IMG/VR virus record: IMGVR_UViG_3300024254_000014
Coordinates: 1 to 44,459 of that record
Direction: 5' to 3' (one strand)
DNA length: 44,459 nt
DNA from: a virus
Lineage: Duplodnaviria > Caudoviricetes
Shown here: piece after piece, positions 25,846 to 34,463 of the stretch
Numbering within the stretch: the first letter of the stretch is position 1
Layout of the letters: each line of letters begins with the position of its first letter
The notes under the pieces: model-generated
Database searches by the model: none
The model's input: the letters and a program-made list of their open reading frames with translations, nothing else
Told to the model about the DNA's origin: nothing
Position numbers and translations under genes: made by a program

Positions 25846-26511
25846 TTATTTCCCCACCGTATTGTACTCGCAATCCTTGACAGGGCAGTAACCGCAGAGC
25901 GGATTGGGCCGCTTAGGCCAATCCTTCTTTTCCTCAAACTGCTTCATCTGCACCCACTTGTTACGCAATGTAATAAAGGTGTCGTCAGAATGCAAGGTAT
26001 ACCTTTGTCCAGGTCGCCCCTCCGTGAACCAGTAGTATTCCCCGACGATCGGGTCGAGCCTTGGATGGTTCGTCTTCAGCAGGAGCGCTTGACACTCCAA
26101 CTCGAAACGATCCTCCCGCACCTTTCCCGTTTTCCAATCGATGATCCATGCCCCGCTGGTCGGAGTCATCACGGCAACGTCTAGCTTGCCCCGGAACCAC
26201 GCGGCTTTATCGTCATAGGCGCATGGTCCATCCATCGTCATGGCCAGCTTGTACTCGACACGCAGAGGGTAGGTGTCGGGCATGTTGCGGAACAAGTCCA
26301 CAAGCGCCTGCGCCGACTTCCATTCCTCTGGCAACGGCATGTCCTTGCCTATGGCGTTCTCCATGGCGACGTGCATACGCGTGCCCTTGTGCTGTGCCTC
26401 GGACTTCTCCTCATAGGGCAAGTCCTTCTTTATATACTTCCTCCATGCCTTGTGCGGGCAGTTGTCGAAGTCGTTGTAGAAGGTGTAGGAGGGGATGAAG
26501 GTCATGGCCAT
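25846..26511 (-). CDS. PD-(D/E)XK (Cas4/RecB-like) exonuclease
   Basis: SYT..FDNCP, GTRMH, RGKLDV, IIDWKTGK, C-terminal LCGYCPVKDC. Confidence 0.88.
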   Translation of the reverse strand: MAMTFIPSYTFYNDFDNCPHKAWRKYIKKDLPYEEKSEAQHKGTRMHVAMENAIGKDMPLPEEWKSAQALVDLFRNMPDTYPLRVEYKLAMTMDGPCAYDDKAAWFRGKLDVAVMTPTSGAWIIDWKTGKVREDRFELECQALLLKTNHPRLDPIVGEYYWFTEGRPGQRYTLHSDDTFITLRNKWVQMKQFEEKKDWPKRPNPLCGYCPVKDCEYNTVGK

Positions 26512-26675
26512 ACATTCCAATGTTTAAGGGCGCATCGAGCAGCGGATAAAATTGCAACTGCGACGGCAATTTCAATTGCAAACCCCCCAATTGCAAGCCA
26601 GTTCGTAGGTTCTAATGTAACATTAATCGGATAGTTAGCTGTCATCGGATAGTTAGCTGTCAAGTTAGATGTCAT
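26502..26675 (-). CDS. Small single-TM protein
   Basis: SD AAAGGAG; MTSNLTANYPMTANYP...WLAIGGFAIEIAVAVAILSAA. Confidence 0.6.
   Translation of the reverse strand: MTSNLTANYPMTANYPINVTLEPTNWLAIGGFAIEIAVAVAILSAARCALKHWNVWP
26626..26661. repeat. 18-bp tandem duplication
   Basis: ATCGGATAGTTAGCTGTC x2, in frame (TANYP twice). Confidence 0.9.
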
Positions 26676-26677
26676 TT

Positions 26678-28489
26678 TTATACTCCTTTCGCATAGGTGT
26701 GACTGATATAACCTTCCGAGTCGAGCGGCACGTCCGGCATCCACGCAGGCGGCCGGCACAGCTCCTCATGGAGAAAGGCAGCCGCGGCTTCCGCCTCGCT
26801 CTCTCGACACACGCAGATCAACTTATCATGCTCGCTGGAGACCACGCGCAACCCCGCTTGCCGGCATGCCAGCCACGCATTGCCTAAGTGCACGCGGGCA
26901 ATAGCTTGAATATAGTTCTCCACCAGCTTGGGACCGTACATCTTCGCATATCCGTTTCGCGTCTGCACTTGCCAATCGCCATGCTCGGATTTGTGCACCG
27001 TCGAGTAGTCCAGCCACAGGCCGTTCGGCAGGTAGAGCCTCTTATTCTCCACTCGACGCCTCAACCACTCGAACGTCTCCCCGCGCGCCATGGCCTCCAG
27101 AACTTGCCCGGCGCTGTTCCATAGGGCTACGACCCATTGATGGCCGTTGCGGTAAATGTCACGAGCTTGTAACCCTTCCACTTCTGTAAGATGAATAGGA
27201 GGGCCGTACGTTCCTCGTCGGGCAGTCGCGACAATAGAAGGTCCGCCAGCTCCAAATCCGCAGGACAATTCGAGCTGCTTTCCAAAACCGCGCTTACCCT
27301 CCATTTCTTCGTATCTAGGGTCACCTGCCTTCGGCTTGTAGACTTCATGCCCGTAGAACTTTGTGGCGTTTCCGACATAGGGGTCTTCCTTCCTGCGAAA
27401 TCTCTCGATCACGTCCGACTGTCCCGCGATCTCATTGAGCATGCGACACTCGATCTGCGAGGCGTCGCGCACCACGATCACGTCACCCTTTTCAACTGTA
27501 ATGCCTTTCGTAAACTTGGCGCCCCTAGTAAAATTCTGCCAGTTCATCTTGTCCCCGCCAGCCCATCGTTTAGTGACCGTAGGGCAGTAGTTGAGGTACA
27601 CGCAGAGCTTGCCCCGATCCGTCATACTCCGCAAGCGCTGGGTGCGAGTCAGCGTAAGATTACTTGCCGCGTCGAGCCGGGCCTGCGCCAGGGCAGCCAC
27701 GCGCGGGTTCTCATCATCTACCAGCTCTCGCATGAATTCATCCGTCTTGGCGAAAGCCGGGATCGGACCATTCTTGCCATTCTTACGCTCTACCTCGACG
27801 CCTTCGGCTTCCAAAAGACGAATCAGCGTCTCATTCTGCCGAAGCTGCGTCGTCGTCACGCCTAGTTCGGCGAGCAGCTTGTCTTTTTCTTCTCTTTCTT
27901 CCCGATAGACTTGATCCAGGACGGCGGGAGAGCCCACCAATACAGGCTCCGTGAACAAGCGCACGGTCTCGTCGATAAGGGCAAATTCCGAGGCTGGAAA
28001 CCCTTGGGATAGGAGGCAAAATAAATGCCAAGTGAGTTCCACGTCATGGCAGCATCCTGAGGCCACTGCTTGCTGCGTCGCAGGTGCCAGTTCATGCCAG
28101 TGCTTCCCTTTGAATAAATCGTATGGAACATTCTTGGCCCCCAATCCGAAATGCTCTGCAAGCGCCCCCAGCCCCTTGGGAAGGTGCGGCCCCAGCACGG
28201 CGCGTGCCATCGAAAGGGTATCGAACCACATCGCCGGCTTGATGCCGTAGTGGTGAGAAAGGATAAGTCCGTCAAAGTGTGCGTGGTGTGCGAGGCAGGC
28301 TGTTGTGCTCCAATCAAGGCACTCAAATATTTCGGGGCGATGGTGCCATTGTGGTTCTTCATTTGGCAGTTTAATTCCTACCCCATGCACTTCAAAACGG
28401 AGGTCGCGCACGTAGCTTTCAGTCGTCGTTTTGTCCAGGGTGTATTCCTGGTCAAAGAATGACTCAAAATCAAGTGTGATGATGTTCAT
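26678..28489 (-). CDS. Family A DNA polymerase with 3'-5' exonuclease
   Basis: ExoI LDFES, ExoII HHAHFD, ExoIII CCHDV; motif A RDASQIECR, motif B RGFGKQLELSCGFG, motif C SEHDK. Confidence 0.92.
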   Translation of the reverse strand: MNIITLDFESFFDQEYTLDKTTTESYVRDLRFEVHGVGIKLPNEEPQWHHRPEIFECLDWSTTACLAHHAHFDGLILSHHYGIKPAMWFDTLSMARAVLGPHLPKGLGALAEHFGLGAKNVPYDLFKGKHWHELAPATQQAVASGCCHDVELTWHLFCLLSQGFPASEFALIDETVRLFTEPVLVGSPAVLDQVYREEREEKDKLLAELGVTTTQLRQNETLIRLLEAEGVEVERKNGKNGPIPAFAKTDEFMRELVDDENPRVAALAQARLDAASNLTLTRTQRLRSMTDRGKLCVYLNYCPTVTKRWAGGDKMNWQNFTRGAKFTKGITVEKGDVIVVRDASQIECRMLNEIAGQSDVIERFRRKEDPYVGNATKFYGHEVYKPKAGDPRYEEMEGKRGFGKQLELSCGFGAGGPSIVATARRGTYGPPIHLTEVEGLQARDIYRNGHQWVVALWNSAGQVLEAMARGETFEWLRRRVENKRLYLPNGLWLDYSTVHKSEHGDWQVQTRNGYAKMYGPKLVENYIQAIARVHLGNAWLACRQAGLRVVSSEHDKLICVCRESEAEAAAAFLHEELCRPPAWMPDVPLDSEGYISHTYAKGV

Positions 28490-28617
28490 AGCTTCACCAA
28501 AAGAGAAAAATCATTTTTGCACTCCTGCACAATGCTTATTCCGTCCACACCGCCAAGCGTAATTATCCAGTAACGTCCTGTAACTGGATTAACAAGAACG
28601 TACATTGCTAAAGGCAT
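28486..28617 (-). CDS. 43-aa hypothetical protein (not in ORF track)
   Basis: SD GGAGG; MPLAMYVLVNPVTGRYW...; ATGA overlap with polymerase start. Confidence 0.55.
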   Translation of the reverse strand: MPLAMYVLVNPVTGRYWIITLGGVDGISIVQECKNDFSLLVKL

Positions 28618-28677
28618 GTTTATATATCCTCCCCGCACGGCTCGACCCAATGCCAGTAAATTCCCTCGAAATGCGCG

Positions 28678-28968
28678 TTAGCGACTTCGGCTTGGTACTC
28701 CATCTCGACCTTGTCCGCCATGCACTCCCCGTGGCCCATCTGACCCGTCATCAGCTGTACCCATACGATCATCCACATCAAAACGCCCCCCGCATTTCAA
28801 ACAGTGAGAATAAGCTGGTGCATGTTTCACGTCGCACCAGTCACACTTAACGGACGGGCCTACACTAATTGTGTGGTGGCGGGCGGCGGAAGTCGATTTG
28901 CGGCTTCTCCACGATTTCTTGGCGGCCAGCGTTCGCCGGACCTTCTCCGGCAATTTCTTCACACACAT
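28678..28968 (-). CDS. Basic Zn-ribbon protein
   Basis: SD AGGAG; CDWC...CLKC. Confidence 0.5.
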   Translation of the reverse strand: MCVKKLPEKVRRTLAAKKSWRSRKSTSAARHHTISVGPSVKCDWCDVKHAPAYSHCLKCGGRFDVDDRMGTADDGSDGPRGVHGGQGRDGVPSRSR

Positions 28969-29233
28969 TTGGTTGTCTCCTGCGTTGACAGGCCCCGCTC
29001 GCACTACGGGGCCACGCATCAGATCGACCGCTGGGAATGATTTGCTGTTCAGGTGGCATCACCCCCTTTCCAAGCTGGTCGAGTAGGGCCTCTTTCCTCC
29101 TGGGCCACGGCTCGACTCTCCCCGTTTCCCAGTTGTTCACGGTCTGTGACGAGACTATCAACTTATGTGCAAGTTCTGCCTGTGTCAAGCCTACCGACTC
29201 GCGATAGGCTCTTATCGTCTGGGCAAAGGTCAT
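28865..29233 (-). CDS. XRE-family HTH regulator (Cro/repressor-like)
   Basis: IRAYRESVGLTQAELAHKLIVSSQTVNNWETGRVEP. Confidence 0.88.
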   Translation of the reverse strand: MTFAQTIRAYRESVGLTQAELAHKLIVSSQTVNNWETGRVEPWPRRKEALLDQLGKGVMPPEQQIIPSGRSDAWPRSASGACQRRRQPNVCEEIAGEGPANAGRQEIVEKPQIDFRRPPPHN

Positions 29234-29234
29234 T

Positions 29235-29441
29235 TCAATCTCTTAGCCTATGGGGAAAGGGTATCTTACTACACTTTGGGCACTTGTGAATCCAGTCGTG
29301 CCCGAGATTTTGAATTCGTACCGTCCAACCCTCATATTTAGCGTTTCGACATGCCTCGTTGAAATTGTCCGTTTCGCTCTCAAACAACTCCGTGCATGAG
29401 TCGCAGTGAAAAACCAAGTCTCCATCCATACGATCGATCAT
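29235..29441 (-). CDS. Small Zn-ribbon protein
   Basis: FHCDSC...GW...HKCPKC; ATGA coupling. Confidence 0.7.
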   Translation of the reverse strand: MIDRMDGDLVFHCDSCTELFESETDNFNEACRNAKYEGWTVRIQNLGHDWIHKCPKCSKIPFPHRLRD

Positions 29442-29764
29442 GGCAAAATCGTCCAGAGCAAACAGGCGCACAGGAAGCCCGTCACGGCCACTGTGCCGAC
29501 GCATACGAGAAAAAGGTGCTGGTCTCGTCTGCACGCAATCTCATAGTGTTCAGCGGGCCTTTGCCGCAGCACGTTGGTCAGCTCGGCCTCGAATTGATCT
29601 CGCGTTGGAACAGTTGTCCTGTGCATACGCGCATTTTGTTGCTCGTATTTACCTACTGTGCTTTTCATGTCAGTCCCTTTCAGTGTTGTCCAGTAATCTG
29701 CGATGCGAAGCATCCCGCTACGCTGTTTCTCGGGGTTCAAGTCTACGATCGGGGGGAAGGTCAT
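29438..29764 (-). CDS. Hypothetical protein with C-terminal TM
   Basis: LFLVCVGTVAVTGFLCACLLWTILP; ATGA coupling; start uncertain. Confidence 0.55.
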   Translation of the reverse strand: MTFPPIVDLNPEKQRSGMLRIADYWTTLKGTDMKSTVGKYEQQNARMHRTTVPTRDQFEAELTNVLRQRPAEHYEIACRRDQHLFLVCVGTVAVTGFLCACLLWTILP

Positions 29765-30165
29765 TCTTGCATCTTCCAATCCAATCCGTGTTTTTCCTTC
29801 ATGGCCTCAATGTACGCTTCGCGCCATTCCCAATCAGTCCGGGCGCGGTTACGGGGGCCGCTAGGACTCAGGAATTGTGGCTTTCTAAGCGCTGTTTCTT
29901 GTTGGTTTCGTATGGCTTCCCCAAGCTTACCGTTCGCGTGCCCGTCTGCGTAGTCACCGCCATTGTGCCAAGTGCCGCTTGCGCACGACGGCTTGAAGCT
30001 CGGCAACTCTCGCTGCAACTCTCGCCGCTGCAACGCGCGGAAGGCCTCTTCTACCGCCTCCCCGTGCGCTTGCCGTTGCTCCCGTGTCGGGTTATTGATG
30101 CGTCGAAACTTGGCAACGGTTTCGCCTAACTTAGGGTAGGGGGGATTCCCCTTGGGCATATACAC
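29761..30165 (-). CDS. Hypothetical protein
   Basis: ORF fills the gap between neighbouring early genes. Confidence 0.55.
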   Translation of the reverse strand: MYMPKGNPPYPKLGETVAKFRRINNPTREQRQAHGEAVEEAFRALQRRELQRELPSFKPSCASGTWHNGGDYADGHANGKLGEAIRNQQETALRKPQFLSPSGPRNRARTDWEWREAYIEAMKEKHGLDWKMQE

Positions 30166-30167
30166 GG

Positions 30168-30719
30168 CTACACCCCCTCCGGCTTTACAGCGCGAAGCTT
30201 CTCCAGGCAGTCGAGAATGACGAGTGTTTCAGTTGCAAGCTTTGCATCCCGGTAGTCAGGACTTCCCCAATGCGCGCGGGCTTCGTCCATAGTAAAATAC
30301 CGACAGCCCGCAATAACCCGCCATTTGTCATCCGCGCAAGGGACGTAAATGAAACAGTAGCCATCGGATCGCATGATACCATACACCCGCGCATCGCCGG
30401 ACACCCGCGCATCGCCATACACCCACGCATCGCCGAATACCTGCGCATTGCCATACACCCACGCATCGCCGAATACCTGCGCGTTGCCGAATACCTGCGC
30501 GTTGCCGAATACCTGCGCGTTGCCGAATACCTGCGCATCGCCGAATACCTGCGCATTGTTGAATACCTGCGCATTGCCATACACCCACGCATTGCCGAAT
30601 ACCTGCGCATTGCCGGACACCCACGCATCGCCGAATACCCGCGCATTGCCGGACACCTGCGCACTATCGTGCACCCTTGCATCTCCAAATACGTGCTTTC
30701 CCGCTACATTGTAATCCAC
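30168..30719 (-). CDS. Hexapeptide-repeat (G[ND]A[QRW]V[FYS])n beta-helix protein
   Basis: About 17 repeat units, then RSDGY...IAGCRYFTMDEARAHW; GTG start after AAGGGGG. Confidence 0.8.
   Translation of the reverse strand: MDYNVAGKHVFGDARVHDSAQVSGNARVFGDAWVSGNAQVFGNAWVYGNAQVFNNAQVFGDAQVFGNAQVFGNAQVFGNAQVFGDAWVYGNAQVFGDAWVYGDARVSGDARVYGIMRSDGYCFIYVPCADDKWRVIAGCRYFTMDEARAHWGSPDYRDAKLATETLVILDCLEKLRAVKPEGV
30385..30690. repeat. 18-bp coding tandem repeat array
   Basis: Units such as GCCGAATACCTGCGCGTT; explains the repetitive shadow ORFs in other frames. Confidence 0.9.
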
Positions 30720-30835
30720 TGCAACCCCCTTATGACAAGTGTGATGATTACCGCCAGCGTGCATAGTGCCAGCAGGGCAAATGGGAGAGCCAGCAAGAGA
30801 ACGCTGACTATCCCGTTCTGGTTTTTCAGGCTCAA
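30704..30835 (-). CDS. 43-aa single-TM protein (not in ORF track)
   Basis: TTGA overlap start; IVSVLLLALPFALLALCTLAVIITLVI. Confidence 0.5.
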   Translation of the reverse strand: MSLKNQNGIVSVLLLALPFALLALCTLAVIITLVIRGLQWITM

Positions 30836-30996
30836 GCGCTCACCATTAATCGGGTATTGGTCGCCCACAGCTCGGCGCGGAGTGCCTTTACCGTGTCACG
30901 CCACTGGATCACAGCGCGGTTGTCACTCGACAAGGCGGCGCCGGGATGGCAGTTTTGCAGGATCGTCGCGATCAGCTCGAAATCTTTCTTGTTCAT
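30832..30996 (-). CDS. Small early protein
   Basis: SD GAGGGGG; MNKKDFELIA. Confidence 0.65.
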   Translation of the reverse strand: MNKKDFELIATILQNCHPGAALSSDNRAVIQWRDTVKALRAELWATNTRLMVSA

Positions 30997-31025
30997 TGTG
31001 TCCCCCTCAGTTAGCAGCAAAGTGC

Positions 31026-31088
31026 TGCGGTCAGCCCCTTGCACCGCGTCCAGAAAGGCGCCGGCTTACGTGCAAGGGGCTGACCGCA
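31026..31088. repeat. Perfect 19-bp intergenic inverted repeat
   Basis: TGCGGTCAGCCCCTTGCAC (31026-31044) / GTGCAAGGGGCTGACCGCA (31070-31088). Confidence 0.9.
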
Positions 31089-31093
31089 AAGCT

Positions 31094-31549
31094 CTACACA
31101 CAGTCCCAAGCAACGGTCCCATCGGCATTGTACACTGTGACGTTTCCATGGTCGTTGACGAAAACGCAATCTTCGCCCATTGCCTCGACTTCACTAGGGT
31201 CAGAAACCTTCGGCAACTCGTTGACTGCTTCCATACTGGGCCAAAAGCCAAAGTCCGATCCGTCGCCTTCATGCGCGCCGAAATAGCAATAAGGCGGTGC
31301 GAAGTGTCCCAGCGCCATCTGCAACTCTTCCAACAGCCACTCGGCCGCATACTGGTCATCGGCTTCTACCGTCTCTTCCGTCTGTGATTCGGCCGCGCCA
31401 ATGCGCACGGCATAGTCAAAGACAGTCCTCGGCATTAGTACGCCAAAGTTTGCCTTGGTGTGCTTGGCAAGCTCACTGGCAAATGTAGAAAGCAAGTCGT
31501 AGGTCCGCAGTGTGCCGTGACTTACTGAACCGATCGAAGCGTATTTCAT
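31094..31549 (-). CDS. Acidic early phage protein
   Basis: SD GAGGGGG; GSVSHGTLRT.DLL, PPYCYFGAHEGDGSDFGFW. Confidence 0.75.
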   Translation of the reverse strand: MKYASIGSVSHGTLRTYDLLSTFASELAKHTKANFGVLMPRTVFDYAVRIGAAESQTEETVEADDQYAAEWLLEELQMALGHFAPPYCYFGAHEGDGSDFGFWPSMEAVNELPKVSDPSEVEAMGEDCVFVNDHGNVTVYNADGTVAWDCV

Positions 31550-31629
31550 GCTACCCCCTCGTTTTCGATGATTGATAGTCGCATGGCCAGGAAAAGAAGG
31601 GCCCGAAGCGCTGCAAGAACCTTGTCCAT
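31546..31629 (-). CDS. 27-aa first gene of the early operon (not in ORF track)
   Basis: SD GAGGAGG; MDKVLAALRALLFLAMRLSIIENEGVA; ATGA coupling. Confidence 0.5.
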   Translation of the reverse strand: MDKVLAALRALLFLAMRLSIIENEGVA

Positions 31630-31661
31630 ATTTCCCCTCCTCATGTCCGATCGACACAAAT

Positions 31662-31690
31662 AATCTACTCTATCCAACCGTCGAGGTCAA
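31662..31690 (-). promoter_or_regulatory. Sigma70-type early promoter
   Basis: TTGACC-N17-TAGATT on the minus strand with an AT-rich UP-like tract upstream. Confidence 0.75.
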
Positions 31691-31804
31691 GCTAATTAAA
31701 TTGCTTTGTTTATATAAACAACGAAATAAAATAACACAAATATTTATTTCTTTGCATGGGGTAAAGTTCGTTTATGAACATTTGTTCATTCTACCTGGTG
31801 GCGC

Positions 31805-31957
31805 TTAAGCGCCACCTTTGCGAATCACTTCGCGGGCATTATCCCGCTTCTTTTTTGTGTATCGACGGAGCCAATTCCAACGGCAACGCTTGGCCACCTC
31901 TTTGAACTCTTTGTTGAATTTTTCTTGCCGGAGCAATCTACCAATTAAGCTTGCCAC
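31805..31957 (-). CDS. 50-aa basic protein (not in ORF track)
   Basis: SD GGAG, GTG start; MASLIGRLLRQEKFNKEFKEVAKR... Confidence 0.45.
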   Translation of the reverse strand: MASLIGRLLRQEKFNKEFKEVAKRCRWNWLRRYTKKKRDNAREVIRKGGA

Positions 31958-32046
31958 GTTTCAATCTCCACTCTCGCGAATCACTTCGCCATCGGGCCGC
32001 AGCCACCGCAGCGTCAGTGACAGACGCTACAGGAATGCGACTCGAT

Positions 32047-32754
32047 CTATTTTGAGAGCACGTCATAGGGGAAGGCAATGCGCACGACGCCTTGGTACTG
32101 TCGCGCCAGCTTGTGGTTACCAACGTGCTGGGGATCGAATGCGCGTTCGGTCTTGGTGAAGATCGGTCGTCCAACCTCGATGAATAGCCACCGGTCACGT
32201 CCGGGGTAGTAGATGCGATGCCACGTCGCGCCTCGCAAGTGCCAGTTGGTGAGCTGTTCGTGCGATAGGCCAACCGGCGGATCGCCAGGGCCAAGGCGCT
32301 CCATGGGGCGCCATAGCACGCGATAGATCGTTGGCACTCGACGAGGATTGCCGTCGTGCTCAGGAGCGTCCGCATCGGTCATGGTGTCCAGGACTTCCTC
32401 GCGGACCATGTAGCGTGCCTTGCTGGGGCGGAACGGGTTTTGCTCGACTAGCATGGCCTCGAGGTCGGCTGTGACCAGCATGATCCCGCCGCGCGCATGG
32501 ATGAACGGAAGCTTGCCTTGGTAGACGCGATGCCAACGCCTATCAATCTCCCGACAAGGGGCGGGGAGGATTTCGAAGCGCGTTTGCGTTCCTTTGTAGG
32601 TTTTAATGTGCGCCCTTGGCCGGCCTTTAATTTCCTGCTTGCGAACGACAATGATGCGCTCCTTGGTCAGCCGCTGGAATTGCATGCTAGGATCGAAGTC
32701 CTTTCTAAGGACTTTTCGCGGCGGGCCTTGGCGGAAGCCTGAAATCTTTTTCAC
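32047..32754 (-). CDS. Basic hypothetical protein
   Basis: Long ORF; SD AAAGGAG before GTG 32754. Confidence 0.6.
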   Translation of the reverse strand: MKKISGFRQGPPRKVLRKDFDPSMQFQRLTKERIIVVRKQEIKGRPRAHIKTYKGTQTRFEILPAPCREIDRRWHRVYQGKLPFIHARGGIMLVTADLEAMLVEQNPFRPSKARYMVREEVLDTMTDADAPEHDGNPRRVPTIYRVLWRPMERLGPGDPPVGLSHEQLTNWHLRGATWHRIYYPGRDRWLFIEVGRPIFTKTERAFDPQHVGNHKLARQYQGVVRIAFPYDVLSK

Positions 32755-32783
32755 GGGTTTTTCTCCTTTAACGTGGAACCTGC

Positions 32784-33043
32784 GTGCTCGGTTGGCATCC
32801 ATGTGTCAGATTATAGTGTGTTGATTGTGTTGAAAGTTTGGAGGTATTCTGCCAGATCACTTACTTTCGAAGCAAGTCGCAAGCCAGAGGTTTGTGTATG
32901 GTTTGTTCTCACTATAAAAACTAAAAGGAGAACAAAACTTTTTACTCCTGATCTTCTCCTTTATAAAAGATATGACTAAATACTAAACTTCCCCTTGTCG
33001 AATCAAAAGCTTAACACCTGACACGTCGATGCCAACCGCGCAC
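32784..33043. repeat. 26-bp imperfect inverted repeat flanking an AT-rich core
   Basis: 32784-32809 and 33018-33043 match at 23 of 26 positions. Confidence 0.8.
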
Positions 33044-33359
33044 AAATACAACTTATTTACAACTTATTTAATTCGGCGCGGTTGTATTTTCCCTTATAGG
33101 TTCGAGTGAAAACGGTTGTGCAGACCTTGGGTTGTATTTGAATTAGGACTACCATCCTATAATTAGGACTTCATTCCTAGCGCTGGGGGTTTGGGTCCTA
33201 ACTTGGGAGAGCGAGGGGCTGGCTCGGCGGGTGAAATTTTTGCTCACGACACATTAAAATCGCGGAACTAAATGATTTCCATATAAATATTTATTTATAG
33301 ACTTTCCGCGCCAAAAAATAAATATTTGGGAGTTCATGTTTTGTTCTCTAACCCAGGCG

Positions 33360-33418
33360 AAAAAAATCCCCCTGAAGGGGACCAGTCGAGTGAGACGCTC
33401 ACGACTGCTTCAGGGGAT
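33360..33418 (-). terminator. Intrinsic terminator-like hairpin with U7
   Basis: CCCCTGAAG/CTTCAGGGG outer stem, inner stem, then T run on the minus strand; downstream of 33457-33807. Confidence 0.65.
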
Positions 33419-33456
33419 AGTCCAGGGAGGAAACCATGTCCTACACGGCTTCGCAA

Positions 33457-33807
33457 TTACTTCTTACCATGCTTGGTGGATTTGTCAACCTTAACTTCTT
33501 CAGCATACCCAGCATCTTCATTGGTAGGTTTGCGAAGCGACGCCTCCACTTCGTCGACCGCTGCGCTCTCATGATACCCAGTCGGGGCCTGCACATGCGG
33601 CAGTATCTTTAACGCTTGACCATCCGGCCCGAAGGTAATCGTGCTCGTCCTGGTCTTGCTGTCGTGGGCACCGACGAGTAGATCGGGCACCGCGATCCGC
33701 ATGTACCTGTGCCCGCTTCCTGCGTGGCTCCCCAGCGTTATCGTAGCCCCGGTGTGGGCGTCTACGATCTCCTGATACCGGACTTCGAACTTGTCTTCTG
33801 CATTCAT
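33457..33807 (-). CDS. Hypothetical protein
   Basis: SD GGAG before ATG 33807; divergent from the KTSC gene. Confidence 0.65.
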   Translation of the reverse strand: MNAEDKFEVRYQEIVDAHTGATITLGSHAGSGHRYMRIAVPDLLVGAHDSKTRTSTITFGPDGQALKILPHVQAPTGYHESAAVDEVEASLRKPTNEDAGYAEEVKVDKSTKHGKK

Positions 33808-33871
33808 CGTCAGTCTCCATTTTATGGACACAATTTACTGCACACTTGCCATTATAGAAGGATCAAGGCGA

Positions 33872-34069
33872 ATGAAAGTCCCATTCTCTCTCGTCAGCAC
33901 GGCAATCTTCGGCGGCTCCTACGACGAGGAGACGCAAGAGCTGGACCTGACTTTCTCCAATGGTCGGACATACAGTCTGCATAATGTGCCCAAGACTGTC
34001 GTGGAAGAGCTTCAAGAGGCCCCTAGCGCGGGGAGTTACTTCAGGGATCGGATGAAGGGGAGGTACTGA
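33872..34069 (+). CDS. KTSC domain protein
   Basis: STAI...YDEETQELDLTFSNGRTY...NVP......L..APSAGSYF...KGRY. Confidence 0.88.
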   Translation: MKVPFSLVSTAIFGGSYDEETQELDLTFSNGRTYSLHNVPKTVVEELQEAPSAGSYFRDRMKGRY

Positions 34070-34443
34070 TGGCGACGGCAGAAGAGGTAGTCGCGCAATC
34101 TCCGGGGTTGAAGCGCAACACGTTGAGCCGTTATGGCAAGAGGTGGCATTTGCGTGAGAACTACCAGATGACACAAGAGGAGCGTGACAAACTTCTTGAT
34201 GAACTGTATGGAGAGAAAACGATGATGATGCATGAGTCAACTTATGAGTACTTGAAGCCAACCGATAAGCAGATCGAGAAGATGGCGAAGGTCCGCGTGG
34301 CAGCTAAAGCCTATAACGACGTGCTGGATGCCGTTTTGCCGGATGGCCCCGATAAGACGTATATAATTCGTGCGCACCGTTCAAATGCCATGTGGGCCAA
34401 CGTAGCAATTACCCGGCAACCCGATGGCACTCCAAGGACTTGA
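34069..34443 (+). CDS. Acb2/Tad1-like helical hairpin protein; probable alternative start at 34222
   Basis: YEYLKPTDKQIEKM..VR..AK...LPDGPDKTY...AMWANVAITR; internal SD GGAGA. Confidence 0.6.
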   Translation: MATAEEVVAQSPGLKRNTLSRYGKRWHLRENYQMTQEERDKLLDELYGEKTMMMHESTYEYLKPTDKQIEKMAKVRVAAKAYNDVLDAVLPDGPDKTYIIRAHRSNAMWANVAITRQPDGTPRT

Positions 34444-34463
34444 TGAACTGTACGGAGGGGAAG

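Noticed and set aside
25846-26511. Cas4 as evidence of a CRISPR system
   Set aside because: Cas4-like PD-(D/E)XK exonucleases are ordinary in phage replication modules; no array or other cas genes
28865-29233. Lysogeny module
   Set aside because: Only a short XRE HTH; no integrase, excisionase, peptidase-bearing repressor or partition genes recognised
30185-31286. Repetitive alternative-frame ORFs and possible CRISPR array
   Set aside because: Produced by an 18-bp coding tandem repeat with no unique spacers
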